Below, piece after piece: positions 50,101 to 62,204 of a stretch of DNA of 64,000 nucleotides. The first letter of the stretch is position 1. Every line of letters begins with the position of its first letter. The notes under the pieces were generated by a model. The model was not told the DNA's origin. It made no database searches and saw only the letters and a list, made by a program, of their open reading frames with translations. Origin of the DNA: Thalia democratica (lineage: Eukaryota); assembly GCA_965202585.1 (NCBI GenBank), contig OZ241827.1, positions 57,846,001 through 57,910,000 of the forward strand, read 5' to 3'. Made by a program: the position numbers and the translations under genes.

Positions 50101-53100
50101 GAAAATATACTATTACCCTTCAAAAGGTTATTGCTTTTACGCATCAAAATTTTAGTCTCACACATAAATTCTTGTTATGTTAACTTTCAAATAATATATT
50201 AAACTGTTACAACAACATTTAAACACTCATACGATATAAAAAAAGTTTCAAAATAAAAAAATGATATTTGAAATCGGTTTGTGCTTAGTCTAAGTAAATA
50301 TAAGTATTCAAAATTTGAGATTTCAGTCTATATTGAAAACAGTTCAAACTCAGATGGAAAAAAAGTTTTTATTATTTTGTTAAGATGTCCATATTATATA
50401 AGTATATATTATAAAACTTTTAAAAGACATTTATTACACTAAGGAGTGCATATATCACCAAGTCTAAAGCACGTGTAAAGTAGTGTCTGATTTACATAAA
50501 AAAGTATATAGTTGACATAATATAACTTACTTCACTCCATTTTTCTGCAGTAAATTTCGGTTCGCACTCTTTAATTTTACACTTTCTCCTGGTCAATCGA
50601 TACGGTTTGTTCTGTTTGATACAAAACTCCGACGATACCTGAATGAGTTTTCCCGTTCCTGTTCTTTGCTTGCACAGGAACAAAATTTCTCGAAAACCGT
50701 TGCCGCATTGCTCAGAACACTAAAAAAATTTCAATCAGTTTGAGTGAAAACAAAAAGTTTTTTGCTTTGTTCGCCACAACTACAAAAACATTTTTAAAAC
50801 TAACCTTCCCGAGACCAGACTTCATCCAGACAGGGGGACAGGTAGCGAACCCGCAAGGTTCAACCGACTGAGGTTTTGGGTTTGGGCACATGATTTCAGG
50901 CATGACGTCATCGTTGGTGACGTGGTGAGTGGAATTTTCAGGCATGAACTTGCACGTGACAGATCTTTTTCTGATCCCTCTGCCGCACATTTTCGAACAC
51001 GAACCATACTGACCTATTTCCCATCTGAAAAATTGTTGGAAAACTTTTATTTTTTATTTCTTTTTTATATCATGCTTCAAAGGTTAGAAGTTAGATGTTA
51101 TTATGAAGTATAGTTCACTTAGATGTTAAGGAAGGCTTTTAAAATAATAAGTTGTATTGAAAACAAAATAACTTGAAAATTCATCATGCTTATTTTTAAA
51201 AACACACACTTTTTTCAACAACATCTTATTTAAATATTTACTGGTTGCAAATGTTTTTTAACATATGCTAATCGACAATTACACTAATTACGGGCTAATA
51301 GGTCAAACTTAACGCGTATTTTCATTCAGTACGCCATTGACAAATAGCTTTTCGGAATTCAGTACTCAAAGACAAGACAACTTTAATTTAAACTTTTAAG
51401 TTTCTCAAACTTAAGAATAAAACTTGTTAAATCTTAAATATAAGCTGAAGTTTGTTAGGAAACCAGTATACTTTTATTAACAATTTTTGTATAATTAAGA
51501 GCAAACATCATGTTACCTTAACAGCTTAGAGAAATTAGAAAACATATCAGTTTATTTTCTACATAAAAAATATATTAATAAATAAAATTTATTTAGTTTC
51601 ATAATACTATATACAAGTTTAATCATATCTAAAATTCTAAAGCAAAAAATCTGACGTATATGAACTCAATCAAAACTTAAACTAAGCATAATACTAAGTT
51701 CAAGCTTACCTAATTGGTATGCTGTGCATAAGTACTGACGTATATAGCAGTATAAAAGTATAACAAACAACTTTTTTCGAATTAATTACACTTGATATAT
51801 ACATACCATTCTGAGCTCTGTAAAAAAAAAGTAGATTGTTCTAACCGCTCGATAAAAAAAATTAGCTTTTAAAAATATAAAGTTTTCTAATTTGTTAAAC
51901 AGCTGCCTCTAACTTCTTAGAATTCGCTGAAACACACAAAGTTTTTGTAAACATTTTTTTGTAAACCATCTTTTTTTTAATTTAAATTTTTCTTCTGCTG
52001 TCGTGAGGCTTCTACACGATAAGCCGTGCGCGCGATCACAATTGAATATATACTCCAAGTTTACATTGTAATACCGAGCTGAATACGGCTTCCTTTGTGC
52101 GCGCGCCCATGTACAACAAACTCGTTGAAAAGCGAAAGGCGCAAGGCTATTAAATTGTTTTTGCACAGCTGACAACTTCTAATACAGCTGTCAGCGGGCA
52201 AACAGTCGCTCGAAAACGTTTTGTTGGTTTAGAGGTGTGACAGCAGCACTTTACTTTAAGTTTCTTCGCACTTTCTTGTATACCCGAGACGCGAATTGTA
52301 ATTTTTCTTTTCGTTCTGTCAACGGAACGGTAGCTGCACTCAAAGCAAAAGTAGTTTTCACATGGAACTGCGTTAGTGTCGACATGAAACAAAATTTTGA
52401 CGAATGCAACATGTGTTGTTAGATCTGTCTGTCAAAAACCTGTCAAATTTGTGCGAAGCTTGCTGCAAAAACTTAAGTCTGGACCAAAGGTCTAAGTTTT
52501 AAACTTGATAAAAAAGTTAAAAAGTAATTTTTTATCTATACATACCTTAACACCAGTTTTTTTAATCTTTTACTTTAGGAATTCTGATATTTTTTATTTA
52601 TCGGTTAAAAATTATGCATATCAAAAAGGATAAGTAAAAAAGTTTTTCACTAAACATTTTGCTTGTAAAACTGTGTTTACAATGAAAAGAAATGCCGAAA
52701 ACAATTTGTAAAGTGTAATGTGTTTATAAACAACGAAACGCATCAGTTGTTTTATCAACAATTATACACATGAGTTATTTTTTTTCTGTTATAAATGCAG
52801 GCTAGCATCATGTCTCGACGAAAAAGCTACTATTTTTTTTGAATTTATTTTACTCCTAAAATTCTTTCATAAGGTTTTGTTCAAATTGTAGATTAATTTA
52901 TATAACAGGTACTAAAAAACTTTAACTATTTTTTATATAATTTTTAACTCAAAGCAACACTTTTTTTAAGCAGAAAGTTAGAATAAAGCTTTTATTGAAA
53001 AGTTATACAAGATTCAGTTTTTAAAATAAAAATATTACTATTATTTATGCTTATAGTATTATAAGATAAGCTTAACTAATTCAAATTTTTTGTTTGAATG

Positions 53101-56100
53101 GCTAACAGATAAAAAATACTTTAAAAAACCACAACCAAGGTTAAACTTGTCTTAATCTTAAAATACATATTAAATTTAAAATTCATTTATATCAGCTTTT
53201 ATTAGTTCTTAGGCTTAGATATTAATAAAAAACTCCCAATTTATAAAACAAAACTGTTTTGTTTAAATAGCGTTAAACAAAGTCTATAATTAAAAAAACA
53301 CCTTTCAAATGTTTGCAAAAATATTATCAACATTAATACTTGAGTTAATATAATTTTATGTAGTTTTAAGAACTTTAGTAAGTATGCTCAAAGTAATAAA
53401 ACAAATTTTTAAAACAAAACATGTATTTAATGCTATATCTAAAAAAAATAGTCAGAAAAAAAAAGTTTAAAGATACGTTTTAAATATTATGCCTGTTGTT
53501 TTTTTTTAAACTGAGACATGCCTATGAGACTACCTATGGCTTCTGTAACGACGCTACTCTCAACTGATGTCGTGTGTTTCAATTTGCTGACTGCGACTAA
53601 AAAAAGAAAAAAAAAAGTTTAAGAGGTTGTTGTAAGAAGTGAAGTACAGTAAAAGAGCAGGTTAATTAATTGAAAAAAGTTATAATTTTTTGAAATTAGT
53701 AGTTTTTGGTTTTTAATTTAGAATGCTAAACTGAATAAAAGCAAATACATTTTGTGTTATTAATGCCTGTGTTTCTAACGGTTTTTTATGATATTGTCCA
53801 GTTTTCATAACTTAAAAATCATAAATAAGAAAACCTGAGTATATAAATGTAAGTAAAAAATCTTAAACTATCTGAATATCATAAACAAAAATCAAATAAT
53901 ACTTGTATAAGATAAAAAATTGCTTTATAACTAGTACACAATACGCATACAATGTTTATGCGATCCTCTAATTTACTAAAATACTTTTAAACACTCTTTA
54001 CACCTACAAAATGTTTTCTAGTAGCTCGTGCAAAACTCATACACTACTAAATAACTATCTTTTTCAAGTACTAAGTTTTAAAGGTATAACAGTTATAAAA
54101 AGTATTAATACCTGTCAACAAAGTTACAAAAAAGACTTTAAGTACGGTATTAAATCATAAAGCTAGTACTTTCAACAGCAGTTTAATGGTTTCTAACATC
54201 TAAGGCTGAAAGTTTTATTGTTATCAGAACGTGCTTTAATGTCTTGAAACTGGTAGTAAAAGTTAAAAAATCTTTGGTGTATTTGTTTAATTGCATTTAC
54301 GATTAAGTCATTTGAACATCAAAGTATCAGTCAAATATAGGGTGTGCCGTATAAGCAAGACTGGCCTCCGACATTAAATTATAAAGTTTTCTATCTTGCT
54401 ACTTAAACTGATTAAAGTCATTCTTTTCGTGTTTACCAGTTTTAAACTTCTGCAGAACTATGAACTTTATTTAGTTATTTTGGCTTTCAAATGTTTTAAT
54501 AGTATCATTTATAAAGCTACACAGGATATTGTATTCCTAAAATTTTACTATGTATTGTATTGTTACTATTAATAAATTTTGATTATTTTACTATGGGTTG
54601 ATGTTTTTTAACGTAGTGTTTCTGAGTAAATATAATTTTTTGATCCAAGATATATTAAATAGCTTAACAATGTAGAGTAGCCTAGTCTAATCAAAAGAAT
54701 ACTAAAATAAAACTCTTACTTAAAAAATACTAAATATTTTCAACCTTGTAAAACATCTTAACAAGAGTAAAAATAAATTTATAGAGTTTTAGTAAGTTTT
54801 TTTCATAAATGAAGATATATATATTTTTTAAATAAATATCAGCTCCGTGAAACTCAACTATCTACTTTTATTATGTTGAAGTAAACATAACTGTAATATT
54901 TTGTAATTTTCAAATTTAGTAGCTTACCAAAAACAAATGAACCAATTATTACTCAAAAAAACCTATGCACTATAACTGTAAAATTTTTTACTAAATTTGT
55001 TGATTAGCAACCGTTTTTTAAGCATAAAAAATCGGGTAATAGTTTTGTTTTCGTAATGTTTTTTTAACATAAAACTTTATGAAAAGCTTTGTAATAGTTA
55101 AGTCAATTAATCGATAACTTTTCAAACAAAGCTTGTTAATAAATAAACAAACATCAATTACCTACAAGTATTAATTTGCCTGTGATGTTTACTTTTTAAG
55201 CGACGGTTTTCAAAAGTTTAAATGACAATCGGACACTTTATTTTTTGTTTGCAAAAAATCCGTAAACGTTTGCAACTTCTGCAATATCGTTCCCGGTTTA
55301 TTTACACTAACAGTTTTTTCTACATTACATGTTTTCTAAATAAAATCAAGCATAATGAAGCTGAATTGAGTTTTCAAGTTTGAAATTGCAGTGCAATAAC
55401 TTTACTTGATTTTTGTACTTTTGTAAAACATAAAATTATTTTTTCGTACTTATTAACTTTAATTATCTAAAAAGAAAGCACTAAACTTCTGGTTTATGTA
55501 TAAATTGTGTGATATTTGTAAAGTGCTCCTTTATTATACATAATTATATATAGATTTATATTTTTTAGTTGTGAAAAATATTTTAAATATACTTTTTCAA
55601 CGCTACCATTGTTTTTTTTTTATTATTAAATGACTGGTTAAAAATATGAAGTTTTCAAATTTTATCATACTTCTATAAAAATACATAACCTCTACAAATA
55701 ATTTCAATAAAGACATTTAAACTTGATTGAACTAGACAAACAAAACCAATAGAAAACTCTTAGCAGATGGAAATCTTTACAAATCTCTGTTTAGACAGTT
55801 TCTTTTGTTCGGAGCATCACAAAAACAATTTTCTTTCAGCTCATGACATGAAATTATACCTTTTTTGCCACCGCACTTACGCCATAGACCAAATGGCCCT
55901 TCGCTTTATCATAAGTGAAAACCCATTAAAACATGACGAAATAGTTTACAAATCAAATGTACGGCGAGAAAAAAAAACAGGAAATATACTAACTTAAAGG
56001 TGCTTATTACATTCTAGCTCGGCTGTTCTATTCCTCAGCAGAGCTCAGACACATACTTGAAATGTTTCGCTTTAATAAAAGGTTTTAATCGGACGTTTTG

Positions 56101-57198
56101 CTGGGTTTCGATGGTTTAAGATTTCAAATATTATTATTGGCAGGCCGCAGCTGAGCTATGAATAAAGTTTTGGTTTTGTTAATTATGACATACCTCCTAA
56201 GCGCGATTAGCCAAATTACTACTTAGAACAGTTTCGACAAATATTTGAGTTTAATTAGCAAGCTTGTTGCGTTTCAACTCGAACGATGAAATGAAGCAGT
56301 AGAAGTAAATTAAATATATGCCCAGTCATCCAGTAAACTTAATACGTAAAGCACACAACTTTGCTTTTATGGTAAGTTGTTTAAGTAGAGTGAAATTTAT
56401 ACGATGTTTGCCTTTGGAAAACAGTAGCTCAATAAAGTTTTTATTGCATATTTAATTAAGTAAATTTCAAAGGCTTTAACAATAGTTTGAACAAGTTATT
56501 TTATCAGTTATGTTTAATAACGGCTATTGAACTAGGTGTAGTTAATATTTTTCGCTTTTCGTTATTATGACAAAACAGAATAAAAAAATATATATATATA
56601 ACCGTATTGTTTAGAAAACTGTAGATAATATTTGAAACTTAAATCGTTTTTAAGTTTGTAAACCATCTTTTAAACTTGCACGACCCTTTTGTTTTCTTTA
56701 ACTAATTAATAGATGAGGGTAAGGTAAGGTTAAAAGTGTCGGCTCTGAATGATTTTTGGCATCAAACAGCTAAAAAGTTACTGTAACAACATGCTATCGA
56801 ATGAAACTGAAAAAAAAAGTAGCTGACCATTATTTAGTTCATCCGTGTAACTTTTACAAACGAAAAAGTCTTATTTTACAAGATGTAAATTTTTACGTTT
56901 AAATAAACAAACAGTTGTAATTAAATAAAATCAACTGCCAAACTCACTGGGCTCTTATTTCCTTGACAGCCTGCTTAACGAGCTGAATGGACCTTTTATT
57001 TTGATCCGTCGGCGCACTACTTTCTTTTACTTCTCTTATTGCAACTTTCCCAGGCTCCAATACATCTAAATGTTTAAGCTCATCACTAAACTTGCCAACA
57101 GACGACTCGGTGTTGCTACTTGCACCCAAGCTTCCGCTGCAACACTGATTGGCCAGGGTGATTATTATGAGTTTACAAATCAGAACTTTGCTGATCAT
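41145..57198 (-). CDS. ADAMTSL1/3: ADAMTS-like (punctin/ADAMTSL1/3-type) protein, copy B, 18 coding exons, 1096 aa
   Basis: Exons 57198-56948, 51024-50805, 50719-50531, 49219-49048, 48915-48723, 48308-48127, 47296-47175, 47081-46931, 46746-46461, 46319-46063, 44507-44325, 44071-43943, 43872-43657, 43523-43340, 42091-41884, 41760-41642, 41506-41301, 41167-41145. Splice sites are intact, no stops or frameshifts were seen, and the only indel is an in-frame +12 nt in exon 7. Confidence 0.88.
41301..41506 (-). CDS. Copy B exon 17 (TSP1)
   Basis: Mirror of 28687-28892; strong donor G|GTGAGA. Confidence 0.92.
41642..41760 (-). CDS. Copy B exon 16 (TSP1)
   Basis: Mirror of 28435-28553. Confidence 0.9.
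41884..42091 (-). CDS. Copy B exon 15 (TSP1)
   Basis: Mirror of 28104-28311. Confidence 0.92.
42953..43059 (-). repeat. Right-arm counterpart of 27134-27240
   Basis: Mirror copy. Confidence 0.55.
43340..43523 (-). CDS. Copy B exon 14 (TSP1)
   Basis: ECTDACGSGG variant. Confidence 0.92.
43657..43872 (-). CDS. Copy B exon 13 (Ig4)
   Basis: Mirror of 26316-26531; 6 amino-acid differences. Confidence 0.9.
43943..44071 (-). CDS. Copy B exon 12
   Basis: Mirror of 26117-26245. Confidence 0.85.
44325..44507 (-). CDS. Copy B exon 11 (Ig3)
   Basis: Mirror of 25681-25863. Confidence 0.9.
46063..46319 (-). CDS. Copy B exon 10 (Ig2/Ig3)
   Basis: Mirror of 23872-24128. Confidence 0.92.
46461..46746 (-). 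CDS. Copy B exon 9 (Ig2)
   Basis: Identical to copy A. Confidence 0.92.
46931..47081 (-). CDS. Copy B exon 8
   Basis: Identical to copy A. Confidence 0.8.
47175..47296 (-). CDS. Copy B exon 7 (linker, +4 aa)
   Basis: KPQKIKPTVNK versus KPHSLNK in copy A. Confidence 0.75.
48127..48308 (-). CDS. Copy B exon 6 (Ig1)
   Basis: Mirror of 21923-22104. Confidence 0.85.
48723..48915 (-). CDS. Copy B exon 5
   Basis: Mirror of 21313-21505. Confidence 0.85.
49048..49219 (-). CDS. Copy B exon 4 (TSP1)
   Basis: Mirror of 21009-21180. Confidence 0.88.
50531..50719 (-). CDS. Copy B exon 3 (TSP1)
   Basis: Mirror of 19504-19692. Confidence 0.92.
50805..51024 (-). CDS. Copy B exon 2 (TSP1)
   Basis: Mirror of 19199-19418. 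Confidence 0.92.
56948..57198 (-). CDS. Copy B exon 1 (signal peptide)
   Basis: MISKVLICKLIIITLANQCC; same donor as copy A. Confidence 0.8.
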
Positions 57199-58818
57199 TT
57201 TTTATTTGATTTATTTTTCCAATCTGCAGAGACTCAAAGCTGGTATTTTCAATGTATTATTTCTTCCTGAAGTCTTTTTTAATCTTTATATAATCAAGAG
57301 AGTCGTTTTATTTTTCTAAAAAAGTATAGGTTTTTATATAGTTTTCAAATATTTAAGTTTAATCAAAGTACCATATTTTTGTTTTTCTTGAACAAAATTA
57401 GTTTTTCTTAAAAAAACTAATACAATTCAGATTTTTTTTCCAGAACTTTTAATCATTATTTTAAAGTAGTTTAAGTATCATTAAAAATATATCAAAACGG
57501 TTATTTTAGAAAGTTATTTATCCATAACTTAAACATAAATAATCTTTTTTGTTTAGAACTAAATTAAAAATATGCTTTTTGTTTAGAATATACAGTTGTC
57601 AAGTTCGTCTAAGTTTAACTTTATATAGTAAAAAATAACTATGATAGTTAAATTTTTGACTTACATGTATAGAACAAATCTCTTAACAAAATATAATTTT
57701 TTTATCATATAAAAATAACAATTGCTTATCGATTATAAAATTTATAACACGACTTTAAAAAAGGCCGAACAAAAAGCTAAATGAAGACAGTAAAAAGTAT
57801 AACAAACAGTTTTTAAAGCACTGAGCTGCAAAATAAAAAGTTATATATTAAGTTGTAGTTATAAAGGCTAATTAGGTTTACCTCTAAACAATCAAGCCTG
57901 TTTAACTAGCTGTCTGTCAAAAAAAAAGTGTTTGCTCAAACTTTAATTAATCAAACATTTAAACTTGCTCTTGTATTAAAAAACAAAACTAGCTGTAAAA
58001 AATAAGAAAATTATAACTTGTTCCAGATAATATTTAATGTACCTTAGTTATTCTTAAACCTAATTTTTTTATTGGTTAGGTTTTTTTTGCATTTTTCTGA
58101 ATTAACCTTGTTTTTAAAAACATTTAAAAAGTTTAAAATAACTATTAAACATGCAAAAAATATTTTCTTCGAAGTAAGATTTATGATATTACTCGAGGAA
58201 AATAAACTTTACTAATTCTAGTGATAAAAAAAAAAAACAAATTGCAAATATACAAATCAGTTTTAAGTTTTTAAGAAGTTGTCAAGAACAACTTTTTTTT
58301 ATGATTTTGTTACCTGGTAGTCACTAGATTAATTACCTGAGCTTTTATGCACTAGCAAACTTCAGGTCCTAAAATAATGTTGGTAAAATTCAGTTTTTCT
58401 CTGATAAAAAGCAGCCTGTTCGGCTTTTTTCTACAATTTTCTCTCGTTAACAAAAATTACTTTCGTTTAATACATATTTTAGCCTTGTTTATTTTTTGCC
58501 ACTTTGATCAAAAACAGTATACGATAAGTTTAAAAAAACTTTTAAACATACTGGTATAAAGTTCTAAGTAGCTTTTCAAAATATCTATGAATAAAAAGTA
58601 AATTAAGAAGTTTAAAATCGATGATAAGTTTAACACAAAATATATTTTTTTTGTAAAGTTGAATATAAAACAAACAATAGCTTTTTAAAGTGTTTAAAAA
58701 ATTAACTTGTTAACAATAATTTGTTTACAAAGTACTGTTGTGCTAATTGCTAGAAAATTTTCTATTCTTATAATAAATATCAAACAAATATGCATCCTGG
58801 GTTAATTAAACGACTCAC

Positions 58819-58900
58819 CTAAAGTTTAATTTAATTAAAATTACAAACAATGAGTGTTAGAACATCTCACTAGCAGCTAAGTATCACTTCATTTGTTGAA
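58819..58900 (-). other. Putative non-coding 5'-UTR exon of copy B (5' end approximate)
   Basis: Mirror donor (actcac 58813-58818); acceptor at 57224-57225. Confidence 0.4.
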
Positions 58901-61900
58901 AATTAAAGTTTATAAATTTTTTCACTTAATTCATTTACATTTTTCTAGTAATTTTATCTCGACAACAAGTTTTGATAACCGCAATCGAAGGTCTATATAA
59001 AGTATTGTATTGCTTAAGAATTTCTCACACCTTTTTTGTATCAAAATAATTTTTATTGGTTTAGGCACAAAAATTAAGAAATATAAAAAAGATAGTGATT
59101 TTTTCTGTTACTAAATTTTTATAATAACATAATAAACTAAAAGTATAGATCAAACGGCTGTTAATTATTATTTAATATAAGGTAACAATTTTTTTAGATT
59201 TTTTCAAAAGACAGTTTTAAGGTTGGAAATAGATTTCGATTAGTTTTGTTTAAACTTAAAAAAATAACACAAAATTAAAAATTTAAAAAATGTTTAAGCA
59301 AGTATTTATCTACTTAGACTAAGCTTTAACTAAACCAAGTTCAAACAAAATAACTCTAATTTAAAAGAATAAATGAAATGTAGAACGTAAATAAGTTTTA
59401 TTTATACTGTGCTGAGTTATTTAAAAGTACCAGTTGTTTTGAAAAATTAATTTTAAAAACATCGTCCACTGTTGAAAGCCAAGTGTCCTAAATTATATGT
59501 TTAAAAATCATGAAGACTTACATTAGAATATTTTGTTGTATCTATTTTATCATTTATAAGTTAGTTTTTAACATTACAAAAGGCAAATTAAGAAGCAGAT
59601 AATGACAGCACCTGTAATGGAATAGCAGGTGCATGAGGTAATACCGTGTTCAGCTCGAATTAAGTGCATAATTGCTTCATTTTCCCATTTGCTCACTCGT
59701 AATAGGTGTTGCAGTGAAAAATGTGTTCTGCTGTAACTGCACTGTCAGTAGTTTACATTTTGGCGAAAAAAAAGTAAGTAGCACATGGTCTGATATGCAA
59801 TGCAGTACAATTTTAAACTTATCAATTTTTCTCAGCTGTGATGTTTGTTGAAAAAAAAATATTAAGTTTAAGTGAGTTTTGAGTATTATTATTTTACTAT
59901 TCACAATTCTTTCTATGAAATTTTCCTCATAAGTTTTAAAAGTAAAGTTTAAAAAAATACAACTTTAAAAAGTGCAATTTGCTGGTTTGAAAAAGTATTT
60001 TCTCATTTTTTATTTACGCAAGTTTTATTTTTTTCCTACCTATAATCTAATAGTTCAACCGTTAAGTGCATATATTCAGTTTACTTTAATAATACATTAG
60101 ATAAAAAACTGCGTAGATTTATTTTACTCTCCCTAAAATAAAACTTTGCAGGAATCGTTTTTCAGTCTACAAACTTACTCAAACTTTTAGAAAACTTTAT
60201 TGAAAAATTTACAAAAGCTTAAAAGAAATGAAAAGATATATTTTCAACTTACAACAACAGAAGTTGAAATAACAAACAGCTTTGGTTAATTTTATTGAGC
60301 AATAAATGACAATGGCGCTTTCCGAACACCAAAGAGCGTTGAAAGAAGCGTTTGACTTCAAAAGGTGCGTTCGAAAGTTGTAAAATCAATCTCAATATAT
60401 AACTTGCTAAAGAATTTTAAATTACAGCAGATTTTCTCGTCCAATTCTGAGTTTGTCAGTCAACAGTTTATAGGGCTGGATTAACGCCTTTCACAAATTG
60501 TTGTTTAGTTATACAATATTTTTCTATACTTTAAATAAGCAACATTAAATGGTCAATTTGTGTTTGAATGTAAGAGTAGCGTGAATTCATATGTTCCTTT
60601 GATCTTTGTGTTTTTGAAACATTTTTGATGATTTTCTTTCAAGCAAAAACGTCATCCATCTTTATTATTATGACTGATCATTTGCGTTTGATTTGTTCTT
60701 TGCAGTTTGTTTATCAAAATATCTTAATAAATTACAAGTAAACAACCGAGCTTGCACAGAAAATTTAAACTTGACTTGGATCCAGTTTTGACTGTATCCT
60801 TATTAATACAAGCTTTGATGGTTAGTTCAAAAGTAAACTAAAACAATTATTTCAATAATTTGAAGTAAGTCTGAAGAAGATAAAACTTGCATGAAAACAT
60901 ACTCACGAAATTTACATAAATTTGATAAAAGCAAAAGTTTTCAATTAAATTTTAATTTTAAAAGAATAATTACGTAATTATTAGACAATATTTTAGAATA
61001 AGTTAATAGTTTTCTATTTACTTACAATTTTATAAAGTTTGCAGCTTTATCTAGACGTTTCAACGCATTTTATCAAACTAGGTTGAATTTGTAACTTTTA
61101 GTATTTTTTAATTCCGAAGAAAAACACTGTTACCAAAATTTTTAGTTTATGGTCTTACAGTCTTGTTTATTACAAAATGCAAATAAACTTTTTACAACTT
61201 CGTTCATAAGGCAAACAGTCTTGTGTGCTTACAAGTCTAGACTTGTTCGGACAACGCGTTCAAGTCAATATACTAAAAATACAATTCCAAACACTTAAAT
61301 ATATAATTTTTTTTTTGACCTACCATGAAAATACTACTTTAAGCAATTTATGTAAACTAGTAAAAATGTATGACTACTTTTTAAAATTGTTTTGCTTTGT
61401 TTTTGAAAAAAGGTACGTGTGACGCTTTTCTAACTAGAACCATCTAAATATAGACTCAGTTAATTTTTTTTAAATATTGATCATAGTTAAATGTATGATT
61501 TAAACTTTCTAAGTCTTTTATTTTAATTATAATAAAAAGTTTTTCCGATATAAATGTTAATTTGACAAATTAAAAGCGAGTTTTTATCAAGTATATGAAT
61601 ATAAGTTTTTATGCACTATGTGTATTTTTTATTTTGATTCTGTTCACCGAATAATAGTTAAACAATTTTAAAACTCTAATTTAAAATACTGTTTGTTTAT
61701 TGAAGTGCTAAACGCTTAGTTAAGTTAATATACTTAAGTTGAATAATAATTTTAATCCCGAGTTATACTATTAAAAACAACTTCTAAAAGGAATGAAAAA
61801 AGAGTTTTCATAAGAAAAAAGCTTAATTTAAAAGAAATTTATAAGACTGAAACCTTTAAATTCCGTCATATATAGTTGATTAGATACTCATGTTTCAGAA

Positions 61901-62092
61901 AAATACTGTGTAAGCCTAATTTATTAAAAAATCAACGAAAATTAATTTCAATATAGTACTAATACCTACCTTTATTTCACTAGCTGTTTATTAAGCTTGA
62001 TGAAAAATATATGAGCTTTTTTGTCATTATATCACTGTGTAACTTGAATACATGCAAAATCATATTAAAGCGATTTAACCCTGTTTACAAAA

Positions 62093-62204
62093 GTCATTAT
62101 TTTATATTTATTAGTTTATTGAACGACAAAAAAAAACGCTCAAAATTTTTGGTTTAGGAGCTGGTGCACTAAGAACCTTTCGGTTTTCAAGTCGATACAC
62201 CACG
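62093..62204 (-). repeat. Right-arm counterpart of 7397-7508
   Basis: Mirror copy. Confidence 0.55.

Noticed and set aside
52150-52392. Zinc-finger-like YFCFECSYRS in an 80-aa ORF
   Set aside because: No His ligands, the left-arm copy has an in-frame stop (CTT TAA), and its phase is incompatible with exon 1.
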